64,000 bases of DNA from Candidatus Nomurabacteria bacterium (lineage in GTDB: Bacteria > Patescibacteriota > Minisyncoccia > Phycocordibacterales > UBA9973), in contig JBPOHQ010000006.1 in the NCBI GenBank assembly GCA_052035405.1, positions 8,039 through 72,038 of the forward strand, written 5' to 3'. Below the pieces are notes generated by a model. That model was not told the DNA's origin, ran no database searches, and saw nothing but the letters and a program-made list of their open reading frames with translations. Shown here piece after piece: positions 51,323-60,733 of this stretch; position 1 is the first letter of the stretch, and each line of letters begins with the position of its first letter. A program made the translations under genes and the position numbers.

Positions 51323-52102
51323 TTAGATAGAGTATCTTTTAACAGATGTTATTTTTGCTTTATTTTGGTCTAAGAGTTGTGCAATGGTTTGATCACTGTT
51401 TTTAATGAAAGGTTGATCCATGAGAGTTTTCTCTTTAAAATACGTAGCCATCTTACCTTCAAGCATTTTTTTCTTGATATCTTCAGGTTTGTCGATGTTT
51501 GCTACTTCTTTAGCAAATATCTCATTCATTGTTTGTTTAATTTCGTCATTTACATCAGATGATGTTATGTATTCAGGTCTCATAGCAGCTACGTGCATAG
51601 CAATATCTTTTGCGAGTTCAGTATTTCCGCCTTCTAGAGATACAATAACAGCACTTTTGCCTTGGTGAACATAATTACCAACAACAGGACCTGTAACTTC
51701 AAAAACTTCTCCAAGTTCAACTTTTTCTCCAGTTTTTTGTATTACTCCATCAATCATCTCTTTTGAGTCTTCTTTCATTTTGTCTATTCCTTCGTTTAGG
51801 GCTTTATCTGTCAGATCAGAAAGAAGTTTTAAAAAGTCCTCATTTCTTGAGACGAAATCAGTTTCACAGTGAAGAGCAACTAATACAGTCTTCTCTCCAG
51901 CATTTTTAACAGATACAGCACCATCAGCTGCGTTTCTGTCTGCTTTCTTAAGAGCGATGTCAGAACTGGTTTTCTTTAAGATTGCGACTGCTTTTTGCAT
52001 ATCGCCTTCAGCTTCTTCTAGGGCCTTTCGACATTGCATCACGGAAATACCTGTTGCATTTCTAAGTTCCTTTACTAACTCAGTTGTTATTTGTATTGAC
52101 AT
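51323..52102 (-). CDS. tsf: Elongation factor Ts
   Basis: N-terminal UBA-like ELVKELRNATGISVMQCRKALEEAEGDMQKAV. Confidence 0.9.
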   Translation of the reverse strand: MSIQITTELVKELRNATGISVMQCRKALEEAEGDMQKAVAILKKTSSDIALKKADRNAADGAVSVKNAGEKTVLVALHCETDFVSRNEDFLKLLSDLTDKALNEGIDKMKEDSKEMIDGVIQKTGEKVELGEVFEVTGPVVGNYVHQGKSAVIVSLEGGNTELAKDIAMHVAAMRPEYITSSDVNDEIKQTMNEIFAKEVANIDKPEDIKKKMLEGKMATYFKEKTLMDQPFIKNSDQTIAQLLDQNKAKITSVKRYSI

Positions 52103-52114
52103 ACTATTTATTTG

Positions 52115-52837
52115 TTAAGCTTTTAAATTTTGAGTCCCTTCAGTGCTCTTGTAAGCAGCTGTGATTGCGTTTGTGAAAAACTTGATAGACATAGTTCCAG
52201 CGTCGTTTGCGAGTATTGGGTAATCTATACCTTTCATGTTTGAATCAGAATTAAGTAGTGCAATAACAGGGACATTTGAAGTTTTGCATTCAGCAAGAGC
52301 GATGTGTTCCTTTTTAGTATCTACGATAAACACTGCGTCTGGAGTCTTTTTAACACCAACGAGGCCGGAGTAATAACGAGAGAGTTTTTCCATTTTCTTT
52401 GCCATAACAACTCTTTCTTTCTTTGTGTACTTATCGAGTCCTCCTGAGACACTATCTTTTCGGTAATTTTCAAGTTCTGCTATTCTTTTTTTGATTTCAC
52501 TGAAGTTAGAGAGAGTGCCACCAATCCATCGTTCTGTAACATATGGCATACCGAGAGATTCTGCCATAGACATAACTGCTTCCTTTGCCTCAGGCTTGGT
52601 ACCAACAAAAAGGATAGTCTTATTCTTTGCTGCGAGGGTCTTTACGAACTCTAATGCAGCATCGAGCATGACACTCGTCTTCTCGAGATCGATAATGTCT
52701 GTTTTGTTCTTAGTTGTATAGATGTAAGAGCTGGTAGAAGGGTGTCTTCGAGACTTTCCGTAACCATAGTGTGCTCCTGCCTTAAACATATTTTCTATTA
52801 AATTTTGGCTGTTGTCAGTTTTTTGCATATGAATCAT
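52115..52837 (-). CDS. rpsB: 30S ribosomal protein S2
   Basis: MFKAGAHYGYG...IIDLEKT aligns to the S2 N-terminus. The true start is probably at 52837 or 52828, not the track start at 52933, which would overlap the divergent proS. Confidence 0.85.
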   Translation of the reverse strand: MIHMQKTDNSQNLIENMFKAGAHYGYGKSRRHPSTSSYIYTTKNKTDIIDLEKTSVMLDAALEFVKTLAAKNKTILFVGTKPEAKEAVMSMAESLGMPYVTERWIGGTLSNFSEIKKRIAELENYRKDSVSGGLDKYTKKERVVMAKKMEKLSRYYSGLVGVKKTPDAVFIVDTKKEHIALAECKTSNVPVIALLNSDSNMKGIDYPILANDAGTMSIKFFTNAITAAYKSTEGTQNLKA

Positions 52838-52924
52838 ACTATCAGAAAGTAGGGTATTTTGCAACTTCTTTAAGTCTTTATTCTGTCTTTGACCAAAAGG
52901 TATTTTTCGGTTAAGATGAGGCTT

Positions 52925-54184
52925 ATGAGACAATCAAAACTTTTCACTAAGACTAAGAAAGATGCACCAACAGACGAAGTATCGAAGAATGCTGAACTTC
53001 TCATTCGTGCTGGTTTTATTCATAAAGAAATGGCAGGAGTATATTCGTACTTACCTTTAGGTTTAAGAACTTTAAAGAAGGTGGAAAATGTTATTCGTGA
53101 AGAAATGAATGCTATTGGAGCAAACGAACTTATTATGACAGCTCTTCAGAAAAAAGAAGTATGGGAAAAAGTTGGAAGATGGAATGATGAAGTTGTCGAT
53201 GTTTGGTTTAAAACAAAATTAAAAGACGGTATTGAGCTTGGGTTAGGTTTTACTCATGACGAGCAGTTGGTAAATTTATTGACTGAGTATGTGCAATCTT
53301 ATAAAGATTTACCTCTATACTTGTATCAAATACAAACAAAATTTAGAAACGAACTTCGTGCTAAAAGTGGTATTATGCGTGGGCGCGAGTTCGTAATGAA
53401 AGACCTTTATTCTTTTACTAAAAATCAAAAAGATTTAGATATTTTTTACGAAGAGGTTAAAAGGGCTTACATGAAGATCTTTACAAGATGTGGTATTGGG
53501 CATAGAACATATATTACATTTGCCAGTGGAGGAACTTTTTCTCAGTTTTCTCATGAATTTCAAACCATATCAGAAGCAGGGGAAGATGTTGTTTATGTAG
53601 AAGAAAGTAAAAATGTTGCTTTAAATGAAGAGATTATTACAGATGAGATTTTGAAAGAATTGGGTGTAGAAAGAGAAAATCTTGTTGCAAAGAAATCTAT
53701 TGAAGTCGGCAATATATTTAAACAGTCTACTAAATTCACTGATCCTTTTGACTTGTCTTTTCAAGATGAAAAGGGGAATAAAAATTCAATTTATATGGGG
53801 GGTTATGGTATTGGTGTTACTCGCCTTATGGGCACTATTGTAGAAGTACTGTCTGATGACAAAGGTATTATCTGGCCTGAAGCCGTGGCTCCATTCAAGG
53901 TGCATTTACTTGTATTGGGTGAAGATGAAGCGGTTAAAATGGAAGCGAATAAAGTTTATGAAAAGCTTTTAGAAAATGGTGTTGAAGTTTTGTTTGATGA
54001 TAGAGTCGGTATGTCACCAGGCGAGAAGTTCGCGGACGCAGATTTACTTGGTATGCCTGTCCGAGTGGTTGTCTCTCTTCGAAGCATGAAAGAGAATGGC
54101 GTTGAAGTAAAGAAACGTACAGAAGAAAAAGGGCAAGTCGTAGGATTAGAGGAGTTACTAAAGACTTTAAAGGATAATGTTTAA
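52925..54184 (+). CDS. proS: Proline--tRNA ligase, short form lacking the INS editing domain
   Basis: MRQSKLFTKTKKDAPTDEVSKNAELLIRAG aligns residue-for-residue with the bacterial ProS N-terminus. Class II motifs are present. The start is the third Met of the track ORF. Confidence 0.85.
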   Translation: MRQSKLFTKTKKDAPTDEVSKNAELLIRAGFIHKEMAGVYSYLPLGLRTLKKVENVIREEMNAIGANELIMTALQKKEVWEKVGRWNDEVVDVWFKTKLKDGIELGLGFTHDEQLVNLLTEYVQSYKDLPLYLYQIQTKFRNELRAKSGIMRGREFVMKDLYSFTKNQKDLDIFYEEVKRAYMKIFTRCGIGHRTYITFASGGTFSQFSHEFQTISEAGEDVVYVEESKNVALNEEIITDEILKELGVERENLVAKKSIEVGNIFKQSTKFTDPFDLSFQDEKGNKNSIYMGGYGIGVTRLMGTIVEVLSDDKGIIWPEAVAPFKVHLLVLGEDEAVKMEANKVYEKLLENGVEVLFDDRVGMSPGEKFADADLLGMPVRVVVSLRSMKENGVEVKKRTEEKGQVVGLEELLKTLKDNV

Positions 54185-55223
54185 AAAATTCTACAAATTA
54201 ATTTCAAATGATATTGGTATAGATTTAGGTACTGCAAATACTCTCGTCTATCTCAAAGGGCACGGGATAGTTATTAATGAGCCTTCAGTAGTCGCAGTTA
54301 ATATTAAGACAAATCAAATCCTAGCTGTTGGAGATAAGGCAAAAGAAATGCTTGGTCGCACACCAGGGCACATTCGAGCGATTCGTCCACTTGTCGACGG
54401 GGTCATTTCTGATTTTGAAGTAACAGAAGAAATGCTTTCATATCTCATTAATAAAGCAGATAAAATTGCTCCAAAGATTTCTCGTCCACGAGTTGTTATA
54501 GGTGTACCTTCTGGAACCACAAATGTTGAATCTCGTGCTGTGTACGACGCTGCTCGCAATGCTGGAGCCCGGGAAGTGTATCTCATAGAGGAACCAATGG
54601 CTGCAGCTATTGGGATACGTTTACCTATTAAAGATCCAGTAGGTTCTATGATTATAGATATTGGTGGAGGGACGACAGATATTGCTGTTATCTCATTAGG
54701 TGGAATTGTTAAATCCAACAATTTAAAAATAGCGGGTGACAGATTGAATAATGACATTATTACTTATATGCGTGATGAATTTAAGATTTTAGTTGGAGAA
54801 AAAACAGCCGAGATGGTTAAGATGGCTATCGCTTCTGTAATTCCTGGTCCTTATATGGAGGCAGAAGTACGAGGTCGTGATTTACTTACCGGACTTCCTC
54901 GTGAAGTAGTTGTGACTGATTCTGATATTCGTGAAGCTATCTCTGCATCTGTACGAGAACTTGTTGAAGGGGTAAAAGATGTACTTGAAAATACTCCACC
55001 TGAAATACTTTCTGATGTGATGCGTCGTGGTATTACGCTCTCTGGAGGAGGAGCATTATTGTTAGGTCTCGACAGATTACTCCAGAGTGTTCTTAAAATT
55101 CCTATATATGTCGTTGATGATCCACTTTCAGCTGTAGCACGAGGGACCGGGGTTGTTCTCGATGACATAGACGCTTATAAAGAAGTATTGATTGGTAATC
55201 AAGATGAGTTACCTCCTCGATAA
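54177..55223 (+). CDS. mreB: Rod-shape-determining actin homolog MreB
   Basis: DIGIDLGTANTLVY phosphate-1 motif, actin-fold ATPase. Confidence 0.9.
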   Translation: MFKKFYKLISNDIGIDLGTANTLVYLKGHGIVINEPSVVAVNIKTNQILAVGDKAKEMLGRTPGHIRAIRPLVDGVISDFEVTEEMLSYLINKADKIAPKISRPRVVIGVPSGTTNVESRAVYDAARNAGAREVYLIEEPMAAAIGIRLPIKDPVGSMIIDIGGGTTDIAVISLGGIVKSNNLKIAGDRLNNDIITYMRDEFKILVGEKTAEMVKMAIASVIPGPYMEAEVRGRDLLTGLPREVVVTDSDIREAISASVRELVEGVKDVLENTPPEILSDVMRRGITLSGGGALLLGLDRLLQSVLKIPIYVVDDPLSAVARGTGVVLDDIDAYKEVLIGNQDELPPR

Positions 55224-55995
55224 AAAAAATAAAAAGAAAAAAGTAATGAATATCAGTATACTGGTGCTTTTTTTTATTTTAATTTTTATTTTCCGTACTT
55301 CCGTATTTGGTGGACTATCTCAGTCAACGAATTTCTTGTTTAGACCGATTCTGTCAATAGGTTCCAATATTAGTGAGAACTTTGCCCGTATGCGATATTT
55401 TTTTCTCTCTAAAAAAAGTCTCTTAGAAGAAAACGGTGCTCTTAAAAAGAAGGTGTCCGAAATCGAAGCACATACTGCCAGTCACGATTCTCTAATTGAA
55501 GAGAATTTAAAATTAAAAGAAATATTAAATCGAAAGGATACAGGCACTGAATTTGTTTTAGCTACAATATTATCTAAACCAAATACATCTTTGTACGATA
55601 CTTTGCTCATTGATGTGGGTGGAGCACGAGGACTTGTGGTTGGAGATGCTGTTTTTGCTTTTGGTAATATTCCTATTGGCCGTGTCTCTGAGGTTTTTGA
55701 AACATCTGCTAAGGTTGTTTTGTTTTCAACAAGTGGTGAGAAAACTGAAGGGATTGTTCAAGGTAAAGATGTTTTTCTTCAACTTATTGGTCGTGGAGGT
55801 GGAAATTTTGAGAGTATTATCCCTCGCGATTTTACGTTAGAAAAAGGGACCGAAGTGGTTATGCCAGGAATTAAGCCATACCTTGTAGCTACCGTAGAAG
55901 GAATTCTCTCTGATCCTCGTGACTCATATAAAAAAGCAATATTTAGAAGTCCTGTAAATATTCAAGAGTTAAAATTTGTACAAGTGAGAAAATAA
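55192..55995 (+). CDS. mreC: Rod-shape-determining protein MreC
   Basis: N-terminal TM segment, coiled coil, beta-rich C-terminus. Overlaps the mreB end. Confidence 0.6.
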   Translation: MVIKMSYLLDKKNKKKKVMNISILVLFFILIFIFRTSVFGGLSQSTNFLFRPILSIGSNISENFARMRYFFLSKKSLLEENGALKKKVSEIEAHTASHDSLIEENLKLKEILNRKDTGTEFVLATILSKPNTSLYDTLLIDVGGARGLVVGDAVFAFGNIPIGRVSEVFETSAKVVLFSTSGEKTEGIVQGKDVFLQLIGRGGGNFESIIPRDFTLEKGTEVVMPGIKPYLVATVEGILSDPRDSYKKAIFRSPVNIQELKFVQVRK

Positions 55996-56003
55996 TTTTT
56001 ATA

Positions 56004-57224
56004 ATGCATTTTAAAATAGAAAAAAAATTAGAAAATAGTTTGGGTAGGGTTGGGGTATTGAGTACTCCTCATGGAGATATCCTCACTCCATCTTTTGTTG
56101 CTGTGGGTACGAAGGCCACAGTAAAATCTTTGAGTCCTGACCAAGTGCGTGAAGCCGGTACTCAAGTAGTCCTTGGGAATACATATCACTTATTTTTACA
56201 ACCAGGCGATGAAATAGTTCGTGACGCAGGAGGTATAGGTAAGTTTATGAACTGGAGTGGTCCGACGATGACTGACTCCGGAGGATTCCAAGTTTTTTCT
56301 CTCGGTGCTGCGTATGGAAAAGATATTTCAAAAGTAGTAAAGATTACCGATCCATCGCTCATGATTCCAGAACGTTTTGATGATTCTGATGCTCCGAGGC
56401 TCGCAAAGATTGGACAAGACGGGGTTTCGTTTAAGTCTCACTTAGATGGAAGTATTCACTACATCACTCCAGAGAAATCTATTCAGATTCAGCACAATCT
56501 TGGTGCAGATATGATTTTTACGTTTGATGAGTGTACTTCACCGGCAGAAGATTTAAAGTATCAAGAAGAAGCGTTGGAGCGGACACATATGTGGGCAAAG
56601 CGTTGCCTGGCTGAACATATACAATTAAATACAGAAAACAAAATTGCACTATTTGGGATAGTCCAAGGTGGACGCGAAGAATCTTTGAGAAAAATGTCTG
56701 CGAAAATAATCGCTGAAATGAGTGTTGAGGGTAAACAATTTGATGGTTTTGGCATTGGGGGTAGTTTTGCAAAAGAAGATATGTCGACTGCAGTGAAATG
56801 GGTAAATGAAATCTTACCCGAAGAAAAGCCGCGACATTTGTTGGGTATAGGAGAACCAGAAGATTTATTCATGGGTATAGAAAATGGAGTAGATTTATTT
56901 GATTGTGTATTACCAACGAGACTTGGCAGAAACGGTACTATTTATACTAAAAACGGCAAGATAATCATCGGTAATACAAAGTTTCGCACTGACTACACCC
57001 CTATAGAAGCAGACTGTCAATGTTATACATGCAAGAATTATACCCGGGCTTATATTGCTCATTTATTCCACGGGAAAGAGATGCTTGCGGGTACATTAGC
57101 TTCAACACACAACCTGTATTTCATTGTTAATCTAGTAAAACGTATCCGTCAGTCAATCATAGATGACACTTTTTTTGAATTCAAAGACAGCTTTCTTAAA
57201 ACATATACACAGGATAAGATCTAG
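56004..57224 (+). CDS. tgt: Queuine tRNA-ribosyltransferase
   Basis: LGIGEPEDL...DLFDCVLPTRLGRNG and zinc site CQCYTCKNYTRAYIAHL. Confidence 0.9.
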   Translation: MHFKIEKKLENSLGRVGVLSTPHGDILTPSFVAVGTKATVKSLSPDQVREAGTQVVLGNTYHLFLQPGDEIVRDAGGIGKFMNWSGPTMTDSGGFQVFSLGAAYGKDISKVVKITDPSLMIPERFDDSDAPRLAKIGQDGVSFKSHLDGSIHYITPEKSIQIQHNLGADMIFTFDECTSPAEDLKYQEEALERTHMWAKRCLAEHIQLNTENKIALFGIVQGGREESLRKMSAKIIAEMSVEGKQFDGFGIGGSFAKEDMSTAVKWVNEILPEEKPRHLLGIGEPEDLFMGIENGVDLFDCVLPTRLGRNGTIYTKNGKIIIGNTKFRTDYTPIEADCQCYTCKNYTRAYIAHLFHGKEMLAGTLASTHNLYFIVNLVKRIRQSIIDDTFFEFKDSFLKTYTQDKI

Positions 57225-57310
57225 GTATTTACATTTCTATCGTTTCTGGTACTATAACTTTATTATTATTTTTTTTGAGCTATGGCACTCTGCATTAGTT
57301 CCGTAAATAA

Positions 57311-58714
57311 ATGGGTACAAACAAGCGGGCTTCGGCCTCAAAAAAGCTATGGAAGGTAGGTTTAAAAGATTTCAATACTCAATACTTCGACTTCAATAAG
57401 GACGGAGATCTCAACATTAAAGAGGGGCACAATATTTATAACGTTAAGTATTTAACGGAAAAATTTGGAACATCACTTCAAATACTGATGCCTTTTATTA
57501 TTGAAGAACGCCTCGAGGATTTGATGGACTTAGCTGATAGTACTATTAAAAAAATAGGCTACCAAGGTAAGTTTTTTTATCATTACCCGATGAAAGTGAA
57601 TCAAAACAGGGAAGTAGTTATGTCTATTGTTGGAGAAGGGGCTCATCTAGAGACCTCTTCATACAATGACCTGTGGCTTATAAAAAGAATGCTTGAGCAA
57701 GAGAAGTTTAATCCAGACATTCGCATTCTCTGTAGTGGACCTAAAAATGATGCGTACATAAATCTTATCGACGATCTGCAGCATAAAGGAGTAAAAATTT
57801 TCCCGCTCATAGAAGGACCAAGTGAGTTGAAGGCGTTACAACACTCAAAATTCAATGTAGGTATTAGACTTGATATGCCGGTTAAGGCGAGTTCTCATTG
57901 GAACAAGCAACTCGACCGTTTCGGATTTTCTGCAAAAGAAATACAGTCCATGGGAGCTTTTAAAAATCTAAAAATTCTTCACTACCATATCGGTTCTCAG
58001 ATTGAGAAGCCGATGGATATTTTGATTCCTATTAAGTATGCACTTAATGTATATTTCAAATTAAAGAAAACAAATCCATCACTCGATACACTCGATATTG
58101 GTGGAGGAATGCCGATTCCATATACTCGCACAAAAGGGTACACTGTAGATAAATTAATGGAAAAGATTTTTGAACTCCTTAAATCTGAATCTGACAAACA
58201 TGGTATGCCGCATCCAAATCTCATCTGTGAGTGGGGACGGTATATTGTCGCTCCCGCACAAATAACTATCTTTAAAGTTATAGACACAAAACCAATTCAT
58301 AAAAAGAAAAATGATGCAAAGAAATGGTATGTGATTGATGGAAGTTTTATGAACGATTTGTGTGACACTTGGGCTATTGATCAGAAATGGGCTATCGCAC
58401 CAGTAAATATTAATGGTGATGAAAAACTTACTGAAGTATGGCTTGCAGGAAGTACTTGTGACTCAGACGATGTGTATCGTGGCGTAGAAAATTCTGTCAC
58501 TCTCCCTGATTTTAATAGCGAAGACAGTGCAGCATCTATGTATATCGCAGTATTTGATACGGGTGCATATCAAGATGCATTGTCTATGAATCATTGCTTG
58601 ATTTCTCATCCTCAGAGAATCATTGCGGAAAACGGACATATTGTTGTTGCTCGAAAGAGAAGTACGCCCGAAGAAGTAGGTAGATCTCTTGGTTGGCACG
58701 GAGGTGGAAAATAA
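57311..58714 (+). CDS. speA: Biosynthetic arginine decarboxylase (SpeA-like, fold-type III PLP decarboxylase), short form
   Basis: YPMKVNQNREVV (versus E. coli SpeA YPIKVNQHRRVI, from memory), N-terminal FDFNKDGDL, C-terminal STCDSDD. Confidence 0.75.
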   Translation: MGTNKRASASKKLWKVGLKDFNTQYFDFNKDGDLNIKEGHNIYNVKYLTEKFGTSLQILMPFIIEERLEDLMDLADSTIKKIGYQGKFFYHYPMKVNQNREVVMSIVGEGAHLETSSYNDLWLIKRMLEQEKFNPDIRILCSGPKNDAYINLIDDLQHKGVKIFPLIEGPSELKALQHSKFNVGIRLDMPVKASSHWNKQLDRFGFSAKEIQSMGAFKNLKILHYHIGSQIEKPMDILIPIKYALNVYFKLKKTNPSLDTLDIGGGMPIPYTRTKGYTVDKLMEKIFELLKSESDKHGMPHPNLICEWGRYIVAPAQITIFKVIDTKPIHKKKNDAKKWYVIDGSFMNDLCDTWAIDQKWAIAPVNINGDEKLTEVWLAGSTCDSDDVYRGVENSVTLPDFNSEDSAASMYIAVFDTGAYQDALSMNHCLISHPQRIIAENGHIVVARKRSTPEEVGRSLGWHGGGK

Positions 58715-59192
58715 TATGAAAAATTTCCTCAGTCTTTGTTTGATTGTTGTATTTCTGTCAGGAGTTTTTTTATTGGTGACCAATAAAAAAACAGCACAAA
58801 ATATCGCACCACAACACATACAGTATGTTGCTATAAACAAGGCTTTAATTAAAGTAGATGTGGTTATAACTGCAGAAGATCAAGAAAAAGGATTAGGAGG
58901 CAGGGAATCACTTGGGGAAAACGAAGGGATGCTTTTTGTCTTCGCTACTCCAGATAAACATTTTTTTTGGATGAAAGATATGAAGTTTGCTATTGATATG
59001 GTTTGGCTAGATGAGTTTGGAAGGATTGTATATATTGAAAAGAACGCCACTCCAGCATCATATCCGGAACTCTTCGGTCCTAAAAAATCTTCTAAATATG
59101 TATTAGAAATTCCTGCAGGATTCTCAGATATACAAAACATACAAGTCGGAGATAAAGCAGAGTTTCTCTCTATTACACCGACAAACAAATAA
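58689..59192 (+). CDS. DUF192 (COG1430) family protein with an N-terminal signal/TM segment
   Basis: MLFVFATPDKHFFWMKDMKFAIDMVWLDEFGRIVYIEK matches the DUF192 core. Overlaps the speA end by 26 nt. Confidence 0.7.
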   Translation: MVGTEVENNMKNFLSLCLIVVFLSGVFLLVTNKKTAQNIAPQHIQYVAINKALIKVDVVITAEDQEKGLGGRESLGENEGMLFVFATPDKHFFWMKDMKFAIDMVWLDEFGRIVYIEKNATPASYPELFGPKKSSKYVLEIPAGFSDIQNIQVGDKAEFLSITPTNK

Positions 59193-59206
59193 TTAATACA
59201 CCAAAA

Positions 59207-59238
59207 TAAAAACCCCGCATTTGCGGGGTTTTTATTTT
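59207..59238. terminator. Bidirectional Rho-independent terminator
   Basis: AAAACCCCGCA-TTT-GCGGGGTTTTTATTTTT between convergent genes. Confidence 0.7.
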
Positions 59239-59244
59239 TATTGT

Positions 59245-60033
59245 TTATTGAACAGTTGCAATCTTTCGTGCTACCCAGATTATGAGGAATATGAGTATTA
59301 ATAGAAGTAACCAACCATAGAATGTGTTCGGTAGAAAACTTGCTCCAAAGAGTGAGTTTGCTGCATTTGCATTGTAGTTAGCAGCATTAGAAGAAATTGT
59401 GCTAGATGCGTATGGATTTGCTCCTAAAGTACTGTTAGTGCTTACAGTAGCATTGTTTGTACTTACTGTTGTGTTATTTGCATTTGAAGTATTTTGAATG
59501 TATTTAGTATCAGTAACAATGTACTTTGTATTGTGTACATACTCTGTTGTTCCTGCTGTATTTATTACTCGAGGAGTTTGCTGAACAACTACTGGTGCTT
59601 GGTAATATTGTGTGACAGCAGGGTAGTAGTATTGTTGTGTGTTTACTGGTGCTTGATATGCGGTCATAAAAGAAGAGATATTTCCTTTCATTGTTTCATA
59701 TCCATTATTTGCTACAAGTCTAAAGTAGTATGTAGTACTTGGCTGTAGTCCTTGTATGCTATATGAATAGGGAACTTGATAAGGTGCAGAACCAATAATC
59801 TCGTGTGGAGTTTGGTTTGCAAACCCTAAATCAGGATACGTACTGTATTCGAACCATACAGTGGTCGTATATCCATCTGGATTTACACTTCCATGTAAAA
59901 CTGCTCCATATGAACTCGGGGTAGAGTTTGTGGTTGTTGTATATAATGTTTGTGCTTGAGCTGATTGGCCGAAAGAGAGGACAAGTCCCAAAGCGAAGAA
60001 TGCAAAGATTCCGTTTTTGATAAAATTTTTCAT
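59245..60033 (-). CDS. Cell-surface protein with an FN3-like domain, a Thr/Asn-rich low-complexity region and a C-terminal TM anchor
   Basis: Signal peptide ending SAQAQT. VWFEY...LQPSTTYYFRLVANN FN3-like strands, Q/Y/T/N-rich linker, C-terminal WLLLLILIFLIIWVARK. Confidence 0.5.
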   Translation of the reverse strand: MKNFIKNGIFAFFALGLVLSFGQSAQAQTLYTTTTNSTPSSYGAVLHGSVNPDGYTTTVWFEYSTYPDLGFANQTPHEIIGSAPYQVPYSYSIQGLQPSTTYYFRLVANNGYETMKGNISSFMTAYQAPVNTQQYYYPAVTQYYQAPVVVQQTPRVINTAGTTEYVHNTKYIVTDTKYIQNTSNANNTTVSTNNATVSTNSTLGANPYASSTISSNAANYNANAANSLFGASFLPNTFYGWLLLLILIFLIIWVARKIATVQ

Positions 60034-60085
60034 ATCACTAATATATCATACTTTTGTTTAAAAGTCAAGCCTTGTAAATGAAAAT

Positions 60086-60106
60086 CCCCTTGCGTTTAGC
60101 AAGGGG
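60086..60106 (-). terminator. Terminator hairpin for the RNase P RNA gene
   Basis: CCCCTTGC-GTTTA-GCAAGGGG, followed on the minus strand by an A/U-rich run. Confidence 0.5.
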
Positions 60107-60118
60107 ACGTCCATATAA

Positions 60119-60456
60119 AGTGAGGTATCTATAAGCCGAATTCTGTACTCAAAAGAGTGATAGTTATTTATCTAGGCTAAAAATTACTCTTTAGCTCAAG
60201 CGATTCTCCCCGCAAAGCGGGGCACGATCTTGCATCCACGTAAGGATTTAGCCGTTTCATCTCAAACGTTACCATTTGAGTTTATCCAAAAGATTGTTCT
60301 CTTGGATAACCTTTCCTTTCGGAAAAAGTCGTCACTGTTCGCACCTATGTATCACTACACATGGGGATTACCCACTACGCTTGTCTATTAAAAGACTAAA
60401 TGTTCGGACTTTCCTCTGTGATTTACACCACAGCAACCATCTGATACCTCAGCCAA
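60119..60456 (-). ncRNA. rnpB: RNase P RNA (bacterial type), not annotated in the ORF track
   Basis: The minus-strand transcript contains CAGAGGAAAGUCCGAAC (the conserved P4 GGAAAGUCCG) near the 5' end and ACAGAAUUCGGCUUA (P4 3' strand ACAGARNNCGGCUUA) near the 3' end. P1 pairs UGAGGUAUC/GAUACCUCA. An upstream TTGTAA-16-TACTAT promoter sits on the minus strand. Confidence 0.75.
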
Positions 60457-60544
60457 ATAGTATACCACTTGCATTTTTTTTACAAGTATGCTATACTGTA
60501 TTTGTGAGTGTGAGGTTGTCTCACATTTTTATATAACAATATAT

Positions 60545-60656
60545 GTGCCGCAAGAGCCCCACCGCAAGGTGGGGCTCTTGTATTTAGCGTAAGGGGGTGA
60601 GCTTGGGATAGGGACCCAAGCACAAGGCCGGAGTGCGACGGTACGAGGCAGGCACG
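60545..60656. other. Compact GC-rich structured element with two strong hairpins, function unknown (candidate small ncRNA or cis-regulatory leader)
   Basis: CAAGAGCCCCACC-GCAAGG-TGGGGCTCTTG (60551-60580) and GCTTGGG-ATAGGGA-CCCAAGC (60601-60621). Closing GTGCC...GGCAC. The only G+C-dominated intergenic stretch in an AT-rich window. Confidence 0.3.
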
Positions 60657-60733
60657 AAGAATTTTTCAGCAGAAAAATATCTGTGTGTTTTGTTTTGTGC
60701 TCTTTATTTTTGTAATATGTTAAAATATAAAGC

